Positions 28,590 through 36,880 of a stretch of DNA of 64,000 bases are shown in pieces. The stretch is taken from the IMG/VR virus record IMGVR_UViG_3300018080_008436, positions 1 to 64,000 of that record; one strand, 5' to 3'. Every line of letters starts with the position of its first letter. The stretch's first letter is position 1. The notes below the pieces were generated by a model. It was not told where the DNA came from, did not search any database, and saw only the letters and a list, made by a program, of their open reading frames with translations. Both the position numbers and the translations under genes were made by a program.

Positions 28590-28802
28590 TTACTTCACCT
28601 TTACAACTGTTACTTGGGTTAACTTTTTGTAACGAATCTGAACGCTAGTCACTCCAGCATTCTTCAGGTCCGACTTGTTGCAAGGCTTCCCATCCCATTT
28701 GGAAAAGAAATCCGCAACAATGAAATCCTTGTCGGCCTCAAAGTCTTCCTTGACTTTCTTGGCAGAAGTGTAATCTCGGTTATAGGCTGGGGTCAATGTC
28801 AT
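28590..28802 (-). CDS. hypothetical phage protein
   Basis: LTPAYNRDY motif. Confidence 0.7.
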   Translation of the reverse strand: MTLTPAYNRDYTSAKKVKEDFEADKDFIVADFFSKWDGKPCNKSDLKNAGVTSVQIRYKKLTQVTVVKVK

Positions 28803-29179
28803 TTTTCAATCTCCTTTACTTCAATGATCTTGGTTTCTTTGTTCGTCAGAATCTTTAATGCACAAGTCAAACAGTAACGATCTGATTCATCATCCTGAGA
28901 AATGATTGTGACTGAATCATCCCCAATGTTACAAATCTTGTCGCAACCAGCACATTCAAATTCATCTTCCTGAATTGCTTTCATATCTTCATAAAGACAA
29001 CAGGTCGTTGCAACAACTTCATTCCGTCGTTCATCAAGAATGTCAACGACTACGCCTTCATCGTCTAACTTAATCTGTACTTGACCAGACGCAAGGTCCA
29101 GATAAAAATAATCATGAGGTCCAATTTTCTGGTGAGAAATTGGACGACCTCCAAGATCCGTAATTGTCATCTGAGACAT
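28799..29179 (-). CDS. hypothetical protein
   Basis: CAGC...CLTC; SD. Confidence 0.7.
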   Translation of the reverse strand: MSQMTITDLGGRPISHQKIGPHDYFYLDLASGQVQIKLDDEGVVVDILDERRNEVVATTCCLYEDMKAIQEDEFECAGCDKICNIGDDSVTIISQDDESDRYCLTCALKILTNKETKIIEVKEIEK

Positions 29180-29191
29180 AACAACTCCCCT

Positions 29192-29395
29192 TTATTCTAC
29201 CGTTCCGTTCAGTTTGTCAATCCAACCATCATCATCCGAAAAGTAAACAGCTACCTCTCCGTTGTCCCAAATATCAATCTCGACCTTGTAGCCTTTATCA
29301 AGCTCAATGGTCAACTCTTCCTTGGGAGAGCTATCAGGTCTTTCATGAGTGATCTTGTAACCATTGAAAACAACTTCCTTGGAATTATCAGACAT
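29192..29395 (-). CDS. hypothetical protein
   Basis: SD AAGGAG. Confidence 0.65.
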   Translation of the reverse strand: MSDNSKEVVFNGYKITHERPDSSPKEELTIELDKGYKVEIDIWDNGEVAVYFSDDDGWIDKLNGTVE

Positions 29396-29406
29396 AATAA
29401 CTCTCC

Positions 29407-30117
29407 TTAATGTTGGGGAACCCAGGTCTTGCTTCCCCGCTTGGAACAGCGGTCACATTTTTTGCAATTCATAGGACATTCTTTGTAACCCTTGGGGGGC
29501 TTCTCACCTTTGGGAACCATTTTGAATTCATTGATAACCCCAGCCTTTTGGAAATTTGAACCATTGACAACCAGGGTCCGAACATTCTTGAATTCCAGAT
29601 CATGACGAGAAGTGTAACAGTATACCGTAATGTCAAACTTCTTTAACAGCCGAGCAATTTTCTCAGCTTTGTCAACACATGCCTGGGAATGAAAATCCCC
29701 AGCTTCATTCAAACGAATTTTGTCAAACTTATCCCGTTTGGTTGCATTAATGATCAGGAAATGAGAAACGAATTTCTCTGGGGTGATTGTCAGCCAGTAG
29801 CCAGTTTGGCGGCGGCGGAAAGGAAGAACATTGGGCCGATACTCCCGTTCGGACTTCTTGGCATAACAAATGTTCTTGCCATCGATAACAGCCTTACAAA
29901 TGCCTCGAAGCCGAGAAGGACAGTCAGTAGCGCTAGACATATTAAATATAGCTGTGGTATTAGGGATTTTGGTATTGCCTGCGCGAAGCAATCCGTCAAG
30001 AACGGAAATGTCTTGATCCAGGAGTTTGGCGAAGCTATAAAGCAAAGACATCCCCTGAGTCTTGCCATAGGCTTCAATTGAGGTTAAAACGTTTGTGGGT
30101 ACTGATCCGGTCGCCAT
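29407..30117 (-). CDS. phage Gp88-like Cys-cluster protein
   Basis: GNTKI, DCP....C.......CYA, IRLNEAGDF, YCYT, C-terminal CP..CxxCxxC. Confidence 0.7.
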   Translation of the reverse strand: MATGSVPTNVLTSIEAYGKTQGMSLLYSFAKLLDQDISVLDGLLRAGNTKIPNTTAIFNMSSATDCPSRLRGICKAVIDGKNICYAKKSEREYRPNVLPFRRRQTGYWLTITPEKFVSHFLIINATKRDKFDKIRLNEAGDFHSQACVDKAEKIARLLKKFDITVYCYTSRHDLEFKNVRTLVVNGSNFQKAGVINEFKMVPKGEKPPKGYKECPMNCKKCDRCSKRGSKTWVPQH

Positions 30118-30602
30118 ACTAAATCCTCTGTTTAGGGTTTGCGATCTCAACAGCAACAACATAGCATCCCAATACCAGGCTGTCAAACCCATTTAGCAAA
30201 AATAATTCGAGTTTCTATTTTTACGGTCTCAAATTATTATAAGCGGTTAAACTATTAAAAGACCCCTTCGGGGCTTTTTATAGTTTACTTTTTTACTTTT
30301 TAAAAAGAGTACTACAGAATAGAAACAGGAGTACTCTTTTTGAAAATAGGAGTATCAGCCGCCAGGTCCTGGATCGAGTTCATTGCCTGAATCGCCTGGT
30401 TCGACAGCCGCCCACACCAGGCTTCTTTCAAAAAGAGTACTACAGAATTAAAACAGAAGTACTCTTTTTAAAAGGTCTGCTGGAGACCAGGCTAAAAGGT
30501 TTGCTGAAGACCATGATGGGCTGTTTATATACTACGTATATAAAAAAAATGGCTCAGGAACAAAATCCCAAGCCATTTGAATTGTTTAGAATGTATGTGA
30601 AA

Positions 30603-31037
30603 TTACTTAATTTCGTAAGTAACTCCATCAACGCATACCCTGGTGACATTCTCAAGAGGAACTGTTCTCCAGGCTCCTCTCATCCTGTTACCATTTTCGT
30701 CCAATTTATACTCACCACTGCGATCTTTGCAAACTTTGTTAACATCAAACACAGTCATTTGATTGTTCTTCTTGTTGATGGCCTTTCTGGATTGACTCGA
30801 TCCCTTAGGACGGCTGGCAGAAGAAGGATTGGTTACATGTAAGCGATAACACATCTTTCTCAGACTCTTATCACTACGCTTTGTGAAATGAACTGAGGCG
30901 ATTTTGTTACCTGCTTTCTTCATCAATGTTTCCACGTCTGAGGGGTGGACATCTTCAAGAACGACGGTTTGGCCCATTTGTTTGGCGACAGTGTGGACCT
31001 GCTCTACTGTCTGGTTTCCTACGATTGTTGCTTTCAT
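30603..31037 (-). CDS. WYL_2/SH3-like phage protein
   Basis: VHFTKRSD.SLRKM...VFDV...AWRTVPLENV. Confidence 0.6.
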   Translation of the reverse strand: MKATIVGNQTVEQVHTVAKQMGQTVVLEDVHPSDVETLMKKAGNKIASVHFTKRSDKSLRKMCYRLHVTNPSSASRPKGSSQSRKAINKKNNQMTVFDVNKVCKDRSGEYKLDENGNRMRGAWRTVPLENVTRVCVDGVTYEIK

Positions 31038-31079
31038 GGTTTTTCTCCTTTGTTGCAACGGTTTTTAGTTATTTAGTCT

Positions 31080-31496
31080 TTATCGATCATCTTCACTCGA
31101 AGTTGACTCGATCTCATATTTGAGGATCTCTTTCAATAAGTCCTGACTTTCCCTGTCTTCTTCAATATCCTGAAGCTCTTCCATCAAAGACTCAATTGTG
31201 CGATTTTCCTCATTCTCAAGGCCCTTTGAGACCTCTATTCTATTATACCTTAAAGAAGTAATTTCCCACAGAAAATGACAGATTATTTCGGCATTAGAAT
31301 AACGTACAAACATAGATGGATTGATAGCAGAATTTAACCATTCTTTTACCTCTTCATCTTCATCCTTTAAAGCTTCAAATACACTCTCAAGCTTTACGGA
31401 ATTCTTCGTGTAATCGTTACCATACAATTTCGTAAAGGGAGCCTCTAAATCCCCATACTCGAAATTGCCCATCAAATCATAAAATGTCACGTTCAT
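31080..31496 (-). CDS. hypothetical protein
   Basis: SD GAGGAG. Confidence 0.7.
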   Translation of the reverse strand: MNVTFYDLMGNFEYGDLEAPFTKLYGNDYTKNSVKLESVFEALKDEDEEVKEWLNSAINPSMFVRYSNAEIICHFLWEITSLRYNRIEVSKGLENEENRTIESLMEELQDIEEDRESQDLLKEILKYEIESTSSEDDR

Positions 31497-31599
31497 TGGT
31501 CTATTCTCCTCTGTAAGCTTTACGCTAAAGCACAACAGCTTCTTTACAAGCATTTCGAACAATATATTGTTCAAAAGACACAATGAAGATACCTGCTTG

Positions 31600-32290
31600 T
31601 TACTCTATTATTTTACCCCATAAATACCATATGTCAACATTCAAATCAAGAATTATTCTACATTCGTAGATCCATTCAGTGCATAGTATTTATCAAATTA
31701 GTAAAAATTACTAAATTATCACAAATTAGTAAAAATTACTAATGTCTACATAGATGATTCCGTGGATGGATTTGGGGGCTATTTTAAGGTATTTTGAAAA
31801 AATCTTCAAAAATTAGTGCAAAAAACTAGATAGGCAGTTTATTGCCTGGAACTCGATTCAGTGCATAATTCTAGGCAAGAAATTCACCCCGAGATATTGC
31901 CTTAACATCCCCGAATATGGTTCGCGTCATCACATTTAAATTTCATGAATTGGTGAAAAATACGGTTTAAGATTAGTAAAAATTACTAAAGTGTCAGACA
32001 TTCCGTGCGTGTTAAAAAGAACGTTTTATTGCCTGTGATGTTATTTTTCCCTATAGAGAAAAGTTACGAATCCACATTCCGTGCATATGTATCTTTTAGG
32101 GTATGTGAGAAATTTTGAAGGAAAAACTCACATACAAGAGGATCGATACCAAAGGGGGGTTTTAGTGCAAAAACTGGTCTAAAATGGTCTGAACTGGCTG
32201 ATTTTGGTCAATCTTGGTAGGACTGAGTTCAGTCCAGGTCTCCCCCAAGATAGGTCAATCTTGGTCTCCCCCCAAGATAGGTCAGCTTAT
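31600..32290. other. long non-coding repeat-rich region (possible origin or regulatory hub)
   Basis: Palindromes at 31698, 31726, 31973; five ATTCMGTGSRT motifs; direct repeat GGTCTCCCCC(C)AAGATAGGTCA x2. Confidence 0.5.
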
Positions 32291-32295
32291 GGAAA

Positions 32296-33147
32296 TCAGT
32301 TAGAAATCTCATTGTACTGACATTCAGTGCATGATATCTCATTCCCATGTGGGCAGGGTCCTCCCCAAGTACATCGATATTGAGGTGGTCCTACCCAAGT
32401 ACATCGATATTGAGGCTGACTAACGTTCGCAGTACTGGCATTAGTATTCGATTCATCTGAATGATCTGAATGATCTGAATGATCTGAATGTGAACGATTC
32501 AGTTCTTCTGAATGTGAACGATTCAGTGGATGATATACTCTTAGGTTATCTCCCCAATCATCTCCAGGTCTTATTGGTCTTATTCCTTCTTCATTTATAA
32601 CGTATACACCATTAGGATTATCTCCACTTCTTATTCTTCCTTCAATAATATTTTCCAACTGAGAGATAGAATTCTGAACATCAATTTGAAGATTATTTTC
32701 TTGTATCAGATCTCCATTTCTATTTGGATAAATATCGTTTGGTACTTCCTCTTGTGTTTCGGGGACATCATCTGAGAAAACTTCATTGTAATAATCGCAT
32801 GTATCGCAATCTAATTGCATGCAGTCTGAACATGGGTCACAATCATTATTGATTGTTGGGTCATAATCGGTATCTATAGTGTCGATATCTTGTCTATAGG
32901 ATCTACTGACTTGTGGATTATAGTTTGTTCCTCCCCCATTCAGACTCAATGAATACATACCAACGTTTAGTTCTATGTCTTCATGAAGCTTAGGAAGCGT
33001 TTTAATGGCCTTTACAGCCCTCAAAGCCTCATCATGGGTATCCCAGACCGAATCGGGCTTATTATTGATTGTGACAATGTATACGGCTTTATATTGCCCC
33101 ATAGGTTGACAATCTAATGTAAGTGTTCTTGTTCTTGTTTTCTTCAT
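32296..33147 (-). CDS. MIKPIILD-family paralog with long acidic/Cys tail
   Basis: TLTLDCQ..VYIV..DSVWDT..EA. Confidence 0.75.
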   Translation of the reverse strand: MKKTRTRTLTLDCQPMGQYKAVYIVTINNKPDSVWDTHDEALRAVKAIKTLPKLHEDIELNVGMYSLSLNGGGTNYNPQVSRSYRQDIDTIDTDYDPTINNDCDPCSDCMQLDCDTCDYYNEVFSDDVPETQEEVPNDIYPNRNGDLIQENNLQIDVQNSISQLENIIEGRIRSGDNPNGVYVINEEGIRPIRPGDDWGDNLRVYHPLNRSHSEELNRSHSDHSDHSDHSDESNTNASTANVSQPQYRCTWVGPPQYRCTWGGPCPHGNEISCTECQYNEISN

Positions 33148-33377
33148 AAGTTTTTTTGATGCTCAAATTGTGAGTACAATCTTCTTTGAATAATTTTGTA
33201 TGTGTATCCTTGAGGTTTCTTTTTAGCGTTTTCTATATATTCCTCTGCTTGTTCTTTTGTGGACCATATACATGCTATGACAGTTTCTGTTGTCAACATA
33301 TTACGAGTTCTAACCAGATATACGTATGGAGTGTCTTCTTCATATTGACAATCTAGTTTAATTGGTTTTATGCTCAT
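33144..33377 (-). CDS. MIKPIILD-family paralog
   Basis: IKPIKLDCQ..VYLV..IWSTKEQA. Confidence 0.8.
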   Translation of the reverse strand: MSIKPIKLDCQYEEDTPYVYLVRTRNMLTTETVIACIWSTKEQAEEYIENAKKKPQGYTYKIIQRRLYSQFEHQKNL

Positions 33378-33442
33378 TGGTTTTTATTAACCTAATTTAT
33401 TAACCTAATTTATTAACCCGTAGGGTTAATCCTCACTATTAT

Positions 33443-33655
33443 TTACCAATCGTCTTGCCAATTATCTTGCCAGTCTTTTTCTATCCATTGTGAGCATGCT
33501 CGACAATATTCTCCGTTATTTAATTGAACTCCTGGCCATACAGCGCCTTCAGATTCTGAATGTACTGTTGGAGTTTCTTTCTTACATTGTTCATCGACGC
33601 AGTAGACACATGTATTGCATCTTTTCTTACGCCATATGTGTTGATTTTTACCCAA
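33443..33655 (-). CDS. Cys-rich hypothetical protein
   Basis: CNTCVYC...C. Confidence 0.6.
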   Translation of the reverse strand: MGKNQHIWRKKRCNTCVYCVDEQCKKETPTVHSESEGAVWPGVQLNNGEYCRACSQWIEKDWQDNWQDDW

Positions 33656-33941
33656 TTATATATCCATCCTTATTTAGGTATTCTTTGATAGTGTGTGGGT
33701 CCATGCCCATATTTCTCATTTCTATGGCGGCTCTTAGTGCTTTTCTTTTTATTTCTATCAATGCCTCTGAGTATGTGACGATATAGTATCCTCTATGTGG
33801 GTATAGGAATCTACACATTTCTACGTAGTCTTTAGCTTCTTGTTCATTTGTCCAGACGCTTGATATAGCATCTTGTCCTGCTCCTTCGTGGCATTTGACG
33901 ATATATGTTTTTTGGCATTCTAGTGTAATAGTTTTAATCAT
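33648..33941 (-). CDS. MIKPIILD-family paralog
   Basis: MIKTITLE..YIV..SSVWTNEQEA. Confidence 0.8.
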   Translation of the reverse strand: MIKTITLECQKTYIVKCHEGAGQDAISSVWTNEQEAKDYVEMCRFLYPHRGYYIVTYSEALIEIKRKALRAAIEMRNMGMDPHTIKEYLNKDGYIIG

Positions 33942-33964
33942 TGATTATCTCATTCTTCGAATGG

Positions 33965-34435
33965 TTATCTCATTCTTCTATATACAACGCCTTCGTAAGT
34001 TATACAGTCGTCAGTTGGTCCTGTTGGTGTTGAACCAACTGGTTCAGTTGGTGTTGAACCAACAGGACTAGTTGGATCTGAAGAATATGGATGGTCTGCT
34101 GGAAGCACTAGGATATCATCTCTTGGTACAACTGTTTGTTCAGCCATATCTCTTTCATTAACTCTAATGAGTTCTTCTACAGCTTCAGCCACTCTTTGAC
34201 TATCCAATGGTACTTGTGTAACATAGTATCGTTCTGAATTATTGTATCGTTCTGAATTATTACGAGGGCTAAGTTGTTCTCTGATGTTGAGTGTCATAGC
34301 TTGTTTTGTTGCCATATGTCTTTCTGACCATACGCTTATAACTCTTACTCTTCCATCGCTTGTTTCTGCGAGGACGCTATAGGCGACTTCGTCTCTTTCA
34401 TTTGGCATTGTATCTAATATGATTGGTTTAATCAT
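33965..34435 (-). CDS. MIKPIILD-family paralog
   Basis: MIKPIILD..ISVWSE. Confidence 0.8.
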   Translation of the reverse strand: MIKPIILDTMPNERDEVAYSVLAETSDGRVRVISVWSERHMATKQAMTLNIREQLSPRNNSERYNNSERYYVTQVPLDSQRVAEAVEELIRVNERDMAEQTVVPRDDILVLPADHPYSSDPTSPVGSTPTEPVGSTPTGPTDDCITYEGVVYRRMR

Positions 34436-34668
34436 GACCTTTCTGGAGTTGGGCTATATGATTGTAATAATGAGATTCTTCTTTCTCGAATGTTCAATGT
34501 GTATCCACTAACCTGATGGAGAGTGTATAGGCTTTTAATTCTTTCGTATTCTCTGGAGGCTTCTTTTCGGTCATTATACACAGCATATGGACTTTCATTT
34601 ACCATAATGAGGTATACTTTTTGTGAGCTTCCTTTTTCTTGACAGTCTAGTGTTAAGGGTTTAATCAT
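34432..34668 (-). CDS. MIKPIILD-family paralog
   Basis: MIKPLTLDCQ..VYLI. Confidence 0.75.
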   Translation of the reverse strand: MIKPLTLDCQEKGSSQKVYLIMVNESPYAVYNDRKEASREYERIKSLYTLHQVSGYTLNIRERRISLLQSYSPTPERS

Positions 34669-34715
34669 ATGCCTGTTGCGTTATATGGACTTTCATTTAT
34701 TATAATGAGGTATAC

Positions 34716-35366
34716 TTAGTACATCTTGATTTGGCCGTTGTCTGCAAACTTACGAACCTCGCAAAGTTTGACATCGCGCACAAAAACCTCTAGCCAGCAG
34801 TCGCCTGTTTCGTCGTAAGCACACTCGACGCGCAATCCGAACACCTCATGTGCTAGTTTGGTCTCACTAACCAATCGGTCCACGCTGACTTCATTTGCTT
34901 CGTTTGCTTCGCTCATTTGCGGGTTACCTCCTTGTTTAGCTATGTGGTCTGTCCACCGCTTTGCCATCCTCCACGCCAGCGCGACTTGCCAGCACTGGGG
35001 AAACTCGATGTTGTCGGGGACAAAACCCTCTGGCCAAAATCCATACTTTTCCAGGTTCGCCCATGCTTGGATGTGCTCAACGTCTGTCTCGTCAAACCAA
35101 TCCAAGATGCTAACCACTAGTTTCTGCTGATTCGCTTCGCTCATTTGCAGGTTACCTCCTTGTTTATCTTTGATGGTATTGTATTTTTCTTTAAGCTCTT
35201 TGTATTCTTTTTTGAGCTTATTGAGTTCTTCTTGTTGTTCGATGAGTTTCTTTTTCATCTCTCTAGGAGTGCCATAGAGTTTACATGTACTGCACATTCC
35301 TGAGACATCTCCCCATGATGCTCCATACATTTGTCCGCAGTAATCGCATTTAGTAGGTGTAGACAT
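34716..35366 (-). CDS. mosaic hypothetical protein with internal SD-ATG repeats
   Basis: KQGGN(L/P)QMSEAN twice. Confidence 0.55.
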   Translation of the reverse strand: MSTPTKCDYCGQMYGASWGDVSGMCSTCKLYGTPREMKKKLIEQQEELNKLKKEYKELKEKYNTIKDKQGGNLQMSEANQQKLVVSILDWFDETDVEHIQAWANLEKYGFWPEGFVPDNIEFPQCWQVALAWRMAKRWTDHIAKQGGNPQMSEANEANEVSVDRLVSETKLAHEVFGLRVECAYDETGDCWLEVFVRDVKLCEVRKFADNGQIKMY

Positions 35367-35411
35367 AATTTTCCTCTTATTAACCTAATTTATTAACCCT
35401 ACGGGTTAATA

Positions 35412-35900
35412 TTATTCTCTTGAGCAATTAAAGCATGGACTTGGTGTTCCTTCATGGTCGAATGTAAGGTTTTTATATATGTTGGCATCTCCAGGAATAC
35501 CTGAGACTATTCCTTCTTGATGTGGGCATTCATTTTCTGTAGCGTATCTACATACAGTTAGTGAGTCGAAGCTTTGTATGTTTAACAGTCTTGATGCTTG
35601 TTTTCTTTCTTGTGCATCTACTTTTGCTTCTTCTGGCGACATTGTTCTTAGTTCTAATACCCTCATCCCTTGTGCTGTCATATTTTGTTCAGCGAGTTCT
35701 ATACCTTTGAGTATTAATTGTGGGTTAATAACTCTTTTTGTGTAATTTGGTCTGAAGTTTTCTGAGACATGGTTGATAGCTCTGATATGTCTTTGGGCAT
35801 CTTCTTCAGTATTCCAGACGACTTCGATACCGTTTCGATCTTTAACGATATAGACGTAGTTGCCATCTTCCTGGTTATCTAATGTGATATGTTTAATCAT
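35412..35900 (-). CDS. MIKPIILD-family paralog
   Basis: MIKHITLDNQ..VYIV..VVWNTEEDA. Confidence 0.8.
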   Translation of the reverse strand: MIKHITLDNQEDGNYVYIVKDRNGIEVVWNTEEDAQRHIRAINHVSENFRPNYTKRVINPQLILKGIELAEQNMTAQGMRVLELRTMSPEEAKVDAQERKQASRLLNIQSFDSLTVCRYATENECPHQEGIVSGIPGDANIYKNLTFDHEGTPSPCFNCSRE

Positions 35901-36121
35901 AGTTCTTCTGGGGTTACTCCCCCATATATAGGTTCGTTTGTTTTTAGTTTCATGTAGAAGCACTTTCCTGCTTGATCTTGTGTGAGTGTTGATCGTTCTT
36001 TTCGAACTTGAAGTATGGCATCTTCTCTTTCGCCCCATATTCCTAATATGATATCTTGATATTTGACAACATAAACAACTTTCTTATCTTCCTGACCATC
36101 TAATGTGATAGGTTTAATCAT
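35897..36121 (-). CDS. MIKPIILD-family paralog
   Basis: MIKPITLDGQ..GIWGEREDA. Confidence 0.8.
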   Translation of the reverse strand: MIKPITLDGQEDKKVVYVVKYQDIILGIWGEREDAILQVRKERSTLTQDQAGKCFYMKLKTNEPIYGGVTPEEL

Positions 36122-36420
36122 TATTGTGTCTCTTCTGAGGCTTCGTTCAGTCTTTGTATTCGTTCAATTCTTTCTCTTTTTTCTTGACTATTGATAGGTG
36201 TTGCTTTAACATGGTAGTATCTTTTTAGCATAGGGAATCTATACATAAGATATTCCAGGTGTTCTTCTGCGAGTTCTTCAGTATCCCATATTCCAATGAC
36301 CACATCGACCACATCATAAATGATTTCATCTTCTATTACATCCACTGTTACGACTCTATGCTGATATACTATGTATACCATTCTTTCTTCATGTTGCTGT
36401 AGGACGACAGGTTTAATCAT
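36121..36420 (-). CDS. MIKPIILD-family paralog
   Basis: MIKPVVLQQ..GIWDTEELA. Confidence 0.8.
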   Translation of the reverse strand: MIKPVVLQQHEERMVYIVYQHRVVTVDVIEDEIIYDVVDVVIGIWDTEELAEEHLEYLMYRFPMLKRYYHVKATPINSQEKRERIERIQRLNEASEETQ

Positions 36421-36637
36421 TGTTTTCCCATTCATGGATTTCTTTGATCCATGCTTCGTCATTGACCATCCTTTTGGAATACCAGTAATCGTCTGGTGGA
36501 TTTGAGTTAGTTTTTCTCAAATACTCTACGTGTTTTTTGGCTTTTTCTTCTTTATCCCATGCGCCGAGTATGAATGACCTTCTATGTACGATGAAGATAT
36601 TTCCTTCTTGGTGATCTAATAAGATTGTTTTAATCAT
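36413..36637 (-). CDS. MIKPIILD-family paralog
   Basis: MIKTILLDHQ..GAWDKEEKA. Confidence 0.8.
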   Translation of the reverse strand: MIKTILLDHQEGNIFIVHRRSFILGAWDKEEKAKKHVEYLRKTNSNPPDDYWYSKRMVNDEAWIKEIHEWENND

Positions 36638-36873
36638 TGGGTCTGTTTCAATGTGTTTTTAATCAATTTAGATATGAGTGTATTATCTAATGTTCTTCTT
36701 ACCACTTCCATTGGTATTTTTGATCCTGCGAGACTGCATGCTTTTACATAATCTTTTGCCTGTTCTTCATTAGACCACACTGTATCAATTTTCATTGTAT
36801 CCATATTCTGTACGAGATATATGTCTGAATCTCTTGTATTCAGTTGGTGATCAAATATGATTTTTCTAATCAT
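36634..36873 (-). CDS. MIKPIILD-family paralog
   Basis: MIRKIIFDHQ..TVWSNEEQA. Confidence 0.8.
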   Translation of the reverse strand: MIRKIIFDHQLNTRDSDIYLVQNMDTMKIDTVWSNEEQAKDYVKACSLAGSKIPMEVVRRTLDNTLISKLIKNTLKQTQ

Positions 36874-36880
36874 TGGATTC

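Larger units (their letters stand above)
2520..30186 (-). promoter_or_regulatory. family of sigma70-type promoters TTGAC(A/T)-N16-TA(T/C)(G/A)(T/G)T, mostly TG-extended
   Basis: Plus-strand coordinates 2520-2547, 3141-3168, 4174-4201, 4930-4957, 5418-5445, 6666-6693, 7466-7493, 8972-8999, 10085-10112, 11087-11114, 11685-11712, 13266-13293, 13871-13898, 15082-15109, 19115-19142, 21464-21491, 25618-25645, 30158-30186; each just upstream of a gene. Confidence 0.85.
1818..30468. repeat. dispersed 38-bp inverted-repeat element family AAAAGAGTACTNCTG-N8-CAGNAGTACTCTTTT
   Basis: Full copies start at 4231, 4986, 5116, 5522, 5653, 6124, 6278, 6419, 7570, 9061, 9319, 10220, 10613, 11793, 13965, 15368, 16298, 19217, 22083, 25703, 30303, 30431; split copy 3196-3263; single arms at 1818, 3527, 3953, 7846, 8704, 28104. 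Confidence 0.95.

Noticed and set aside
4231-30468. 38-bp repeats as a CRISPR array
   Set aside because: Intervals are 0.1-4.6 kb, irregular and contain whole operons; no cas genes seen.
4231-30468. 38-bp repeats as ordinary terminators
   Set aside because: Separate GC-rich terminators lie next to them; stems are AT-rich and often mismatched while arm sequence and spacer length are conserved, which favours a DNA site.
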